64,000 nt of DNA from Squalus acanthias (Eukaryota). The notes under the pieces are model-generated. The model was not told where the DNA came from. It saw nothing but the letters and a program-made list of their open reading frames with translations, and did no database searches. Each line of letters starts with the position of its first letter. The first letter of the stretch is position 1. The stretch is taken from the NCBI GenBank assembly GCA_030390025.1, contig CM059432.1, positions 1,054,001 through 1,118,000 on the forward strand, read 5' to 3'. Shown here piece by piece: positions 50,280 through 62,210 of this stretch. The position numbers were made by a program, and so were the translations under genes.

Positions 50280-51100
50280 GTAAGAATACTTCAGTGTAGC
50301 TCTAAGCCCGTCTTTACTGCAGAAATAAACAACCACGGAATCTTTTAAATGCAGGCAGGTTAGGAATCAAACGCCAGATCTACCAGAACATTCATTAGAA
50401 AGCTTTGTTGTTTATTAATATTTTTTTTTAACAAGAATGAAAATAGATCCATTATCATGCTGTACGCCTGGTAGAGATCTGACCGGTTTGGTGACAGCAG
50501 ATTTTTGAGGATCAGTTCAGGCAGAGCTCAGTGTTGATCAAATAAACATTGTTTATCGGGAGATAGAAGAGGCCAAGGTTGGGAAGAAGTGAAATGAGAC
50601 CTGCGGCCTGAAGCTGGAGTGGGGGGTGGGCGGGGTAGGGTTCCCAATCCTCCCGAAACGACCGGGAGTTCCCCGGAATTGGGAATTCTTCTCTCCCGAG
50701 CGTTGCCGCCAGCAGCTTGAGAGATCAGCCATTTAAAATTCCCGCCGCTGTGCGTCCCGTCTTCCCCCAACTACCCCCACCCCGCCCCCCCCACTCCCGC
50801 TCCGTGACGTCACCGGCTACTATTAGAGAAACCTACGGCTCGGTGACATCACCCGACCACTGCCGCGTGGAGCGCAGTTGGGAGGTGCAGGGGCTCTGAA
50901 ATCGCGGTGGGTGGGGGGGGGTGGTGAGTGGGCTCTGAAATGGGGGGACACTCTCAAATGGGGGGGCTCTGAAATGGGGAGGCTCTGAAATCAGGGGGGG
51001 CTCGAGTGGGGGAAAATGGGGGCTTGGGATATATACTTTGATTTGATATTATTCATACTTAAATAGTAAAACTTACAGCACTTTGGGAAGCGGAGATATT

Positions 51101-51935
51101 GGGCTGGATTTTATGAATGGAGACATGTTGGAGGCGGGACTGCTGCTTGCCGGGTTTCAGTCCCGCTTCCATGAGCTTCTGGCCAACCAGCGGGATTTTC
51201 CCCTGATTGACCTTGTTAAGCCCGCCCGGCGGGCTCAGCAGGCCAATTAGGGGGAAGTCAGTGACAGAGCACATCAACGTATGACGTGTCATCTGTCAAG
51301 AATTTTTGAAAGAAGAAATGTCATCGTTTGACAGCTCTGTGAAGCTGTCAAACACTGACATTCTGTGTAGTTTGATCAGTCCTTGTGTTCAGGACTCATC
51401 AAACCTTTCTACTTTGCAGAAATTAGCTGGCTATTGTATCGGAGGATGCAACAGCCAGTCTGTGATCTCTACAATGGAGATGTCGGGGACTCCAGCTCCA
51501 CAGCGGCCGAAGGCTGTAGGTAGGAACAAAGATAAGTTAACATTTTCTAACACTTTACACTCACCTCACATACTTACCACTCCACACTTGCACCCATCAC
51601 TCACCTCTACATCACACTTTCAGACCCCTCCGACCCCCGCAGACCTCCTACTTGCCTCCTACACCCCGGCGGGTTTCCCCCAGGTCGGGAAGCCCGCACT
51701 TCTGGAAGAAAAATGGGGATAATCCTATTTTCTGCCTGTTAACAGGCAGTTAATAGGCTTTAATCTCTTCCCACCTCCAAGGAGACGGGACCTGGGGCGG
51801 GACGGCTTCCCGCCTCCTGGTAAGAGGGCACGGAGGCGGGTTGGGGGTGGGTTTGCCACCCGCCCCCAAATTCTGCAACTTTCCCGGCAGTCCCGCCTCC
51901 ATACCCGCCTCCTCGGGGCTGATAAAATCCAGCCC
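51101..51935. mobile_element. PIF/Harbinger-like MITE
   Basis: 14-bp TIR GGGCTGGATTTTAT / ATAAAATCCAGCCC; 3-bp TSD ATT. Confidence 0.8.
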
Positions 51936-53198
51936 ATTGCGTTTGTTAGAGCATAGGATATGAAGGGTTTTGATTGAGTAAATAAGGAGCAACTGTTTCC
52001 AGTGGCAGGAGGGTCGGTAACCAGAGGACACAGATTTGAGATAATTGGCAAAAGAACCAGAGGGAGGAGAATTTTTTTCACGCAGTGAGTTGTTGTGATC
52101 TGGAACGCGCTGCCTGAAAGGGCGGAGGAAGCAGATTCAATAATAACTTTCAAAAGGGAATTGGATAAATACTTGAAGGAGGACTAATTTGCAGGGCTGT
52201 GGGGAAAGAGCAGGGGAGGGTGGGACTAATTGGAGAGCTCGTTCAAAGAGCCGGCACAGGCACGATGGGCCGAATGGCCTCCTTCTGCGCTGTATGATTC
52301 TATGAGGCAGCTTTTCTTTTAGTTCCAGCAAACACTGCTGCTGTTTAAATTGCAAATAAATGTATATAACAGATTTATGGAAATGTTGGATTGATGCCCG
52401 GACCAATTTCTGGTGATAATTAACTAAATATCCATTAGCTGTTCTAATGGGAGTAAGATTTCTGCGCCTTTCACCACACAAAAGTCTAGTGTTTAAAAAT
52501 CACATGGCTTACATCATATCCCAGAAAAAGAATGTTCCTGGATTGCTCTTGGCTTTTTGTTTGTTTGTTATAAAAAATTTATTGGCTGCTCCTGTACCAA
52601 AAAGACTCAAGAAAAAGAGAGACTTGCATTTCTATAGCGCCTTTCACAACCTCAAGACGTCCCAAAGCGCTTTACAGCCAATGAAGTACTTTTTGAAGTG
52701 TAGTCACTGATGTAATATAGGAAACGCGGCAGCCAAGTAGCGCACAGCAAGCTCCCAGAAACAGCAACGTGATAATGACCAGATCATCACGTTTTAGTGA
52801 TGTTGATTGAGGCATAAATATTGACCCATGACACCGGACACGTATCGGACAAGTGAAATATTAAGTCGTTATTTGCAACTCTGGTAAATAGGAGCATATA
52901 TCCAAACATTCATAGCTTTACCAAATGTATAAAAGAAAGACTTGCATTTATACAGCTCCTTTCACGACCTAAAGATGTTTTAGGAACAGGAGGTGGCCAT
53001 TCAGCCCCTCGGACCTGTTCTGCCATTCAATTAGATCACGGCCGATCTGTGTCTTGTCTCCATCTACCCGCCTTGGTTCCGTTACCCTTACCCAACAAAA
53101 AAATGTCAATCTCAGTTTTAATTGACGTAGCCTTCACAGCCAATGAAGTACATTTTTGAAGTGTAAGTCACTGTTGTATGTCTTTTATTCTAATGCAG

Positions 53199-53318
53199 TG
53201 ATCAAAAGAAATAATGTGGTGCAGCTTGACGTGGATGCAGAGCGTGACCATGTTGTCGGACCTTCTGCTTCACTCTCCACCGACACCGCGGACCCTCTCT
53301 ATGTTGGTGGCATCCCAG
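53199..53318 (+). CDS. LAMA3: Laminin alpha exon 26 (LG5)
   Basis: taatgcag|...|gtaaga; 120 nt, phase 1/1; VIKRNNVVQLDVDAERDHVVGP...DPLYVGGIP. Confidence 0.93.
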
Positions 53319-54847
53319 GTAAGATGCTTGTTATTAAAGTAAAAATGATCGCTTTGAGGTTTCCCCTTGTGATTTCAAGTTTCAACTGTTTCTCTCATTC
53401 AGTCAATGATGTAACTATTCCTCTCAAATAATGGCAAACGTTCCAATGACAACAACAACTTCCATTTATACAGCGCCTTTAACCTAGTAAAACGTCCCAA
53501 GGCGCTTCACAGGAGCGATTATCAAAATAAATTTGACACCGAGCCACATAAGGAGATATTAGGACAGGCGACGAAGAGGTAGGTTTTAAGGAGCGTCTTA
53601 AAGGAGGAGAGAGCGGTAGAGAGGCAAAAGTGGTTTAGGGAGGGAATTCCAGAGCTTAGGGCCTATGTCACTAAACACATGGAGGTGCACATGAAGAAAC
53701 CGGGTTGAGTCATGGAGATTAGTGCCTGAACTAGCAACTCACCTTGGAATGACCCTTCTGAGGCTGGAGAACAGGGTGTGGTTTGAGGCACGTGTACCCT
53801 TGGTGATCCAGATGGCAGTTTTAGTTTCTATCCACAAAAAGTGGGACAGAAAACTAGTATGGAATCTCACTGATATCAAAGAAAAACTTGCATTTATATA
53901 GCGCCTTTCACGACCTCAGGACGTTTCAAAGAGCTTTACAGCCAATGAAGTACTTTTGAAATGTAGCCACTGCACATGGGAACACCACCACCTCCAAGTT
54001 CCCCTCCAAGTCACACATCACCCTGACTTGGAAGTATATCGGCCATTCCTTCATTGTCGCTGGGTCAAAATCCTGGAACTCCCTCCATAACAGCACTGTG
54101 GGAGCGCCTTCACCACACAGACTGCAGCGGTTCAAGAAGGCGGCTCACCACCACCTTCTCGAGGGCAATTAGGGATGGGCAATAAATGCCGGCCTTGCCA
54201 GCGACGCCCACATCCCATGAATGAATAAATTAAAAAAAAACTGTTGTAATGTAGGAAAAGCGGCATTCAATTTATGCACAGCAGGATCCCACAAGCAGCG
54301 ATGAGGTAATGACCAGATAATCTGTTTTTAGTGATGCTGATTGAGGGATAAATATTGGGCAGGACACCGGGGAGAACTCGCCTGCTCAAGTAGTGCTTTA
54401 ATGCTCAGGGCATAAAATGGAAAAAAGAGAAAACACTGCCTTAATAACACGAATGAAATGTCACCCTAATCATGCAATCATGTATGGGGTACGGTAGCAT
54501 AGTGGTTATGTTACTGGACTAGTAATCCAGAGGCCTGGACTAATGAGCTGATGAAAGAGTTCAAATCCCACCATGGCAGCTGAGGAATTTAAAATTCAAT
54601 GGGGAGCGGGCGGGAAAGTGGAGTTGAGGCCAAGATCAGATCAGCCATGATCTTATTTAATGGCGGAGCAGGTTTGAATGGCCGACTCCTGCTCCTATTT
54701 CTTATGTTCTAATATATTTTAGTAATAAGAGAGCTATTGGCTCAAACTTTTGGCACATGCTTTCGAATGAGGTGTTTCGCGAGTTATAGTTATTAATATC
54801 AAAGTGTTGTTTTATTCTAAAATCTATTGATCTTTTTCAAATTGCAG

Positions 54848-54993
54848 ATGCGGTGCAGGTACCTCAGTTCCCAGCTCGCACTCCATTCATTGGCTGCATG
54901 ACCAACGTAAAGATCAATGTGAAGCCAGTATCGTTCAGGAAAGCAGCGGAGGTCCATGGTGCTGTTAGCGTATCTCGGTGCCCTGCCGTGTAA
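54848..54993 (+). CDS. LAMA3: Laminin alpha terminal coding exon (LG5 end, stop)
   Basis: attgcag|; phase 1; DAVQVPQFPARTPFIGCMTNVKINVKPVSFRKAAEVHGAVSVSRCPAV*, TAA at 54991-54993. Confidence 0.94.
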
Positions 54994-55338
54994 ACTCCGA
55001 CTACTATCCGTGTCTGCAAAGATAATTCTACCTTCCTGCACCTGATCGTAATGGACGACTGAACCACTGTCAAAATGCAGAACTATTAATTTATTGTAAT
55101 TCGGACTCGCATTCTTCTAGTTTCAGTCAATTGAATTTGACACACTTATGTTTGGCTTAAAATAACGGCAATTCTTTACTATTAAACGAAAAAAGACCCA
55201 CTAACTTTGTGAAATGTGATTCGGATATTTTACTTTCTAACTGGTGCTATATTCTGTGGGGCCAAATACATTACTAAATTTTGCTGCTAATTTTATATTT
55301 TTATACTTGAATAATTAATATGCTAAACGTATTTCTTA

Positions 55339-55344
55339 AATAAA
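55339..55344 (+). promoter_or_regulatory. Candidate polyadenylation signal AATAAA of the laminin gene (ATTAAA also at 55181)
   Basis: AATAAA about 345 nt after the stop codon in an AT-rich 3' UTR, just before an L2 fragment. Confidence 0.5.
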
Positions 55345-56891
55345 CTCGATTGAACCATCATTAGTAAAAGCTTTATAAAATTATTATCCATGTCTTTGTT
55401 ACCGCTAGACTTGACTATTCCAACGCACGCCTGGCCGGCCTTCCATCTCCGTAAACTTCAGATCAACCAAAACTCTGCTGCCCGTGTCCTAACTTGCACC
55501 AAGTCTTGTTCATTCAACATCCCTGTGCTCGCTGACCTACATTGGCTCCCGATTAAGCAATGCCCCGATTTTAAAATTCTCATCCTCGTGTTCAAATCCC
55601 TCCATGGCCTCGCCCCTCCCTTTCTCTGTAACCTCCTGCAGCCCTACAACCCCCCCCCTTCCCCCGCCCCCCGAGATCTCTGCGCTCCTCCAATTCTGAC
55701 CTCTTGAGCATCCCCGATTTTAATCGCTCCACCATTGGCGGCCGTGCCTTCAGCTGCCTGGGCCCTAAGCTCTGGAATTCCCTCCCTAAACTTCTCCTCC
55801 TCTCTCTCTCTCCTTTAGGATGCTCTTTAAAACCTACCTCATTGAGCAAACTTTTGGTCACCTGCCCATATATCTCCTTATGTGGCTCGGTGTCAAATTT
55901 TGTTTTAGAACGCTCCTATGAAGCACCGTGGGACGTTTTACTATGTTAAAGGCGCTATATAAATAAAAGTTGTTATTTTTTTGGTGAGGGTATACAATAT
56001 TCCAGCAAGGGAATTTTTTTCCCCTGTGCTGCCTGATTGGGAACACAAGAGAGGTCTGAGGCAGACACAGTTGCAGGTTTTGCCTCTTCTGGCACGCACA
56101 TCTGGCTCCTGAAGTATGGCTGAGACTGAAGATGTAGTGGAGTGAAGCCTGGGACTTGTGTCTCTCCACTTCATGGCACTACACATTGCTGCTCCAATGC
56201 ATTTCTCTGCCAAAACTAGGGGGCCATAAATATAAGATAGTCACCAATAAGAACATAAGAATTAGCCACACTGCCCCTTGAGCCTGCTCCGCCATTCAAT
56301 AAGATCATGGCTGATCTTTGACCTCAACTCCACTTTCCTGCCCTATGCCGATATCCCTTGATTCCCCTAGAGTCCAAAAATCTATCGATCTCAGTCTTGT
56401 ACATACTCAGTATAATGACTGAGCATCCACAGCCCTTTGGGGTAGAGAATTCCAAAGAGTCACAACCCTCAGTGAAGAAATTTCTCCTCATCTCAGCCTT
56501 AAATAGCCGACCCCTTATCCTGAGACTGTGACCCCTGGTTCTAGACTCTCCAGCCAGGAGAAACAGCCTCTCAGCATCTAACCTGTCAAGCCCTCTAAGA
56601 ATTTTGGAATTCAGGAGAAACTGCTTTACTCAGAGAGTGGTGAGAATGTGGAACTCGCTACCACATGAAGTGGTTGAGGTGAATAGCACAGATGCATTTA
56701 AGGGGAAGCTGGATAAGCACATGAGGGAGAGAGGAATAGAAGGATATGTTGATAGTGTGAAACAAAGTGAGGTGAGAGGAGGCTCGTGTGGAGCATAGAC
56801 ACCGGCATGGACCAGTTGGGCCGAGTGGCCTGTTTCTGTGCTATAAATTTTATGTAATTCTACCTAATCAGAGCCTAAAGTAAAAAAAAAC

Positions 56892-57060
56892 TTCAGGAAA
56901 GCAGCGGAAGTCCATGGTCCTGTTAGCGTGACTCGGTGCCCTGCCCCGTAAACACTGACTACTACCGGTACCTGCAGAGTTCATTCTGCCTTCCTGCACT
57001 TGGTCGTAATGGGCGACTGAACCACTGTCAAAATGCAGAACTATTAATTTATTGTAACTC
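56892..57060 (+). repeat. Diverged duplicate of terminal exon end + proximal 3' UTR (source 54934..55102)
   Basis: 169-bp collinear copy; encodes FRKAAEVHGPVSVTRCPAP* versus FRKAAEVHGAVSVSRCPAV*. Confidence 0.9.
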
Positions 57061-57400
57061 AGCAGCTCTGTTGGGATCTGAAGACAAATGACAGGCTACC
57101 ATATCCCACAGGGACTCTGGGGTAAATCTTAACCTAATCCGCCCGTCGGGAAACTGACGGGATCGAGTGCAACTCTGGTTTCACACCCCGACCTATTTTA
57201 CGCCCAATTGAAGTCAATGGAGAGCAGCCCGGGACCGGGTTTTCCAATGCGAAATTGGTGGAGAGTAATATAGTGTGGGGTGTAAAACCGCCGTTAGACC
57301 CGATCCGTGGGATTCCCGCACAGCGAGTTTGATTATAAAATGACCCCCCTCCCCTCCCCCGCCACTCCGTGGCAACACGATTCCAACTAAGGGTATCTAC

Positions 57401-57529
57401 CAATGTTCCCCCCCTATGCGGGTGGTCCCGCGCAGGCCACTCACCAGCTGTTGCCGCTGGAAAAGATACCGCGCATGCGCGGCAAATTTAAAGGGACCGC
57501 GCACGGAAAAAAAATTAGAGGGAACATTG
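57401..57529. mobile_element. hAT-type MITE, ~140-bp family (opposite orientation)
   Basis: TIRs CAATGTTCCC / GGGAACATTG; flanks gtatctac / atgtctac (6/8). Confidence 0.65.
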
Positions 57530-60500
57530 ATGTCTACCCAAAGCACTAAAAAGTCTGTTCTCATTTCAGATACTGACAAAACTAAAGGGTTTTTCAGCAA
57601 TTTGTTTTTATTTTATATTTTCAGTATTTGCAGTTTTTCTCATTAAAACCCATATATGAATTCTAAGGATTTGTGGCAATCCACTTCATACAAATGTTAT
57701 ATAAACGCATTTGGAGCACAGTTTAGTTTCAATTCATTTCCACCCCCGTGCCCCCCCCCCTCAATTTTTCTTGAGTTTCAATGCTTTTCTATTTGAATCT
57801 TTAATGTTTTGATTGCATATTTCATCATGGGTCCTTGTCTGATATTTATACCTTGGGAACAACATGAGAAAGTGCATCACATCTCTGATAGAAAATACCA
57901 AGGGATTCACGTGATCACGTCAAGCTATAATTGCAGGATAATAACGTTAAAAAAAGGGGTTATCTAGTCATTTATCACATTGCTGTTTGTGGGACCTTGC
58001 TGTGCACAAATTGGCCGCCGTATTTCCTACAAGACAACTTGCAAGAGTCATTGCAAAAAACACTGAAATACTCACAATGTGAATGTTTTCAAGCTGTTCA
58101 TTCCTCTATTGCAGCTGCTCTGATGTCAATGGAATCACAAACAGCAACTGAAAATAAATTATTACAAAAATAAACAAAAACATCCACAAATTCATGCTCT
58201 AATGGCAAGAATGAACTCAATATATTGGAGGAGAGAGGGTTAACACCGAATATCGATTTTAACCCTACCCGCTCAGCAGAGGCTGGTGGCTGGGCAGTTA
58301 ATAATGATCAGGTTACTTACTTTACCAGCTCAGATCCCGACTACTTGAGATATTAACCCGCAGGGGGATGAGGCGCCCACCTAAAGCCACTTAAATCGAT
58401 GCAAATCGGGGTACCATTGTGCCGATAGGCCACTGCAATTTTAACTGGGGCCTGAGCGGGGAAACCGCAGCGTTCCTCCAGACCCCATAATGAAAGCTGT
58501 GGCCTCTTCTGCCCGCGCCCCCCACTCCCTCCCTACTCTCCTGGGAGATCCTCCTCCAAAACCCCCTCCCCTCCACCTTGGCCGCCCGATCTTCGCTTGC
58601 TGACATCGGCTCCGCACCTTCTTCAGGCCCACTCTGGGCGGGAAATAGGCCGGCAGCAATTAAGCACAGCTTGGCGGTTAAAATCGCCGTGGCTTTCCTG
58701 CTTTCTTCCGCCTCTGCCGGGCGCTGAAATCAACTGGCGGGAATCCCACTCCGGGTTAAAATCCGCCTCTAATTCTCTGTTTTAGCCAAACATCTAAGAA
58801 AGGAAAAAAGAACTTGCATTTCTCCAGCGCCTTTCACGGCCTCAGGACGTCCCAAAGTGTTTCACAGCCAATGAAGTACTTCCGAAGTGTAGTCAGTGTC
58901 GACTGGACATGCGACTGCTCAAGCATTATTGCCTAATTATAAGACCACCAAAACTTTATCAACAAAAATATCATACTTTTCAGGGTAACAAATTCAAAAA
59001 TTCTAGTTAACTTTCTATTTAGAATTCATAATAATGAAAGTTTTTTTTCTCTAAAGAATGCATACATAGCGGTTTAGTTTTATATTTGATTAACATTAAT
59101 GTTAGGAAAGACCCATATTCTTCACTAGTCAAAATTGAGCTCTCAGAACTGTCTCCAGGTGGTTAAAGTTTCGCTGACCCAAATTTTGCTTTCACACCGT
59201 GTAGCCACTTGGGGAAACTTGGAAGCCTTAACTTGTTTGTCTGCTGTTATGTCGCAGTTGTTAACCCATTTATTTTCAATGTGGTAACACCTCCGTAACA
59301 TCACCTGTTTCCGCCCTTGCCTCAGCTCATCCGCTGCTGAAACCCTCATCCATGCCTTTGTTAACTCTAGACTTGACTATTCCAACGCACTCCTGGCTGG
59401 CCTCCCACATTCTACTCTATGTAAACCTGAGTTCATCCAAAACTAGGCTGCCCGTGTCCTAACTCGCACCAAATCCCGTTTGCCCATCACCCCTGTGCTC
59501 GCTGACCTACATTGGCTCCCGGTTAAGCAGCGCCTCGATTTCAAAATTCTCATCCTTGTTTTCAAATCCCTCCATGGCCTCGCCCCTTCCTATCTCTGTA
59601 ATCTCCTTCAGCCCCACAACTCCCCCACCCCATCTCCCAGAGATATCTGCGCTCCTCTAATTCTGCCCTCTTGAGCATCCCTGATAATAATCACTTAACC
59701 ATTGGTGGCCGTGCCTTCTGTTGCCTGGGCCCGAAGCTCTGGAATTCCCTGCCTAAACCTCTCCGCCTCGTTACCTCTCTTACCTCCTTTAAGACGCTCC
59801 TTAAAACCTACCTCTTTGACCAAGCTTTTGGTCACCTGCCCTAATTTCTCCTTGTGTGGCTCGGTGTCAAATTTTTTGTCTTATAATACTCCTGTGAAGC
59901 GCCTTGGGATGTTTTACTACGTTAAAGGCACTATATAAATACAAGTTGTTGTTGTTGGTGGCACCTCCATTAAAATAGCAGACAGAAGAGTGTCATATGA
60001 CCATGTTAAGCATTCAACAACAACAACAACTTGTATGCATTCGTTAAAATGACAACCTAAATCCTAGGCTGATGTTTGGACGAAAATTTGGCTTCAGACC
60101 ATCCAAATTACATTAATGCAAAACTTTAGATGTGCATCTTCATTTATTCATGGTTCAGTGATGTTCGTGAGTTGTATGTTTTCTGTCACTCATGAAATAA
60201 ACAGAACATTACCTCAGCTCATTGTTTTTTGTGTGATATGTGTCTGATTCCCTTTTTATAATCAAGGGTAGGCTGATAATCAGTGGGTTGCACTCTCGCC
60301 TCTGAGTCAGAGGTCTTGGTTAAAGACTCACTCCAGAGACTTCAGCACAAAATCTAGGCTGACACTCCCAGTGCCAGTGCTGAGGGAGTGCTGCACTGCC
60401 GGAGGTGCTGTCTTTCGGATGAGACATTAAACCGAGGCCCCGTCTGCTCTCTCAGGTGGACGTAAAAGATCCCATGGTATTATTTCGAAGAAGAGCAGGG

Positions 60501-60755
60501 AAATTCTCCCCGGTGTCCTGGGCCAATATTTATCCCTCAACCAACACCTAAAAACCGATGATCTGGTCATTATCACATTGCTGTTTGTGGGAGCTTGCTG
60601 TGCGCAAATTGGTTGCTGTGTTTCCTGCATTACAACAGTGACTGCACTTCAAAAGTACTTAAGCAAAATACTGCGGATGCTGGAAATCTGAAATAAAAAC
60701 AGAAAATGCTGGAAATACTCAGTAGGTCAGGCAGCATCTGTAGAGAGAGAAACAA

Positions 60756-60792
60756 AGTTAACGTTTCAGGTCGATGACCCTTCATCAGAACT
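60756..60792 (-). ncRNA. Minimal hammerhead ribozyme motif (copy C)
   Basis: Minus strand AGUU-CUGAUGA-A-GGGUC AUC GACCU-GAAAC-GUU-AACU. Confidence 0.7.
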
Positions 60793-60860
60793 GGAAAAAG
60801 TTAAGAGATGTAACAGATTTTTAAGCAGGGGGCAGAGGAGGAAAGAACAAAAGGGAAGGT

Positions 60861-62210
60861 CATAGAGTCATAACGGCACAGGAGGCCATTCGGCCCATCG
60901 AGTCCGTGCCAGCTCTCTGTAGAGTAATCCAGTCAGTCCCATTCCCCCGCTCTATCCCCGTAGCCCTGCAAGTTTATTTCCCTCAAGTGCCTATCCAGTC
61001 TCCTTTTGAAAACACTGAGTGTCTCCGCTTCGACCACTTCCGTTGGCAGCGAGTTCCAGGTCCATCTCGCTGCGTAAAAAGGTTTTTCCTCACCTCCCCC
61101 CTGTATCTCTTGCCCAAAACCTTAAATCTGTGTCCCCTAGTCCTTGTACCATCAACTAGTGGGAACAGCCTTTCCCCGTCTAGCCTATCCAAACCCGTCA
61201 TAATCTTGTACACCTCTATCAAATCACCCCTCAACCTCCTTTGCTCTAATGAAAACAAATCCAGCTTCTCCAACCTGTCCTTGTAGCTAAGATCCCCCAT
61301 CCCCGGAACCATTCTGGTAAATCTCCTCTGCACCCTCTCAAGGGCCTTCACATCCTTCCTAAAGTGTGGTGACCAGAACTGGGCGCAATACTCCAGTTGT
61401 GGCCTAACCAGCGCTTTATAAAGGTTCAGCATAACTTCTTTACTTTTGTACTCAATACCTCTGTTTATGAAGCCCAAGATGCCATATGCTTTGCTAACCA
61501 CTCTCTCAATATGTCCCGCCACCTTCAGGGACCTATGCACATTAACTCCCAGGTCCCTCTGTCCCTGCACATTCTTTAAAACTGTGCCATTAAGTATATA
61601 TTGCCTCTCCCTGTTCCTTCGGCCAAAATGCATCACCTCACACTTCCCTGTATTAAATTCCATCTGCCACTTGTCTGCCCATTCTGCTAGCCTTTCTATG
61701 TCCTGTTGCAGTTGATTGGTATCATCCTCACTGTTTGCCACACCCCCAAGTTTGGTGTCATTGGCAAATTTAGAAATTCTACTCTGTATTCCAATATCCA
61801 GGTCATTTATATATATCAAAAAAAGCAGTGGCCCCAGCACTGACCCTTGGGGAACACCACTGTCTACCATCCTCCAGTCTGAAAAACAGCCATTTACCAC
61901 AACTCGCTGTTTTCTGTCTTTAAGCCAATTCCTTACCCAAGCTGCCACTGACCCACCTATTCCATGAACCTCAATTTTGTTAACCAGTCTTCTATGTGGT
62001 ACTTTGTCAAACGCCTTCCGAATATCCATGTAGACAACATCCATTACATTCCCTTCAACAATCCTCCCTGTTACTTCATCAAAAAATTCAATTAGATTAG
62101 TCAAACACGATCTGCCTTTTATAAATCCATGTTGGCTCTCCTTAGTTAGCTTAAACCTCTCCAAGTGCCCATTAATTTTTTCCTTGATTATTATTTCTAA
62201 AACTTTAATC
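60861..62210 (-). mobile_element. CR1 LINE 3' portion with long RT ORF
   Basis: ORF 60983..62212 (409 aa): [36 protein letters not shown]. Confidence 0.92.

Larger units (their letters stand above)
2342..54993 (+). other. LAMA3: Laminin subunit alpha gene (probably alpha-3), 3' part: 27 coding exons encoding end of coiled coil + LG1-LG5; 5' end outside window
   Basis: Manual splice assembly gives one open frame of 3867 nt with consistent intron phases and AG/GT boundaries. Peptides such as AYENIINAVNAAETAA, VVKEDLP, DRIRELIDQAREAANK, MKFNGDSGVEVRLP, IEDGKL and NYYLGGIP resemble vertebrate LAMA3 as I recall it. Laminin alpha identity is secure; the paralog call is from memory. Confidence 0.85.
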
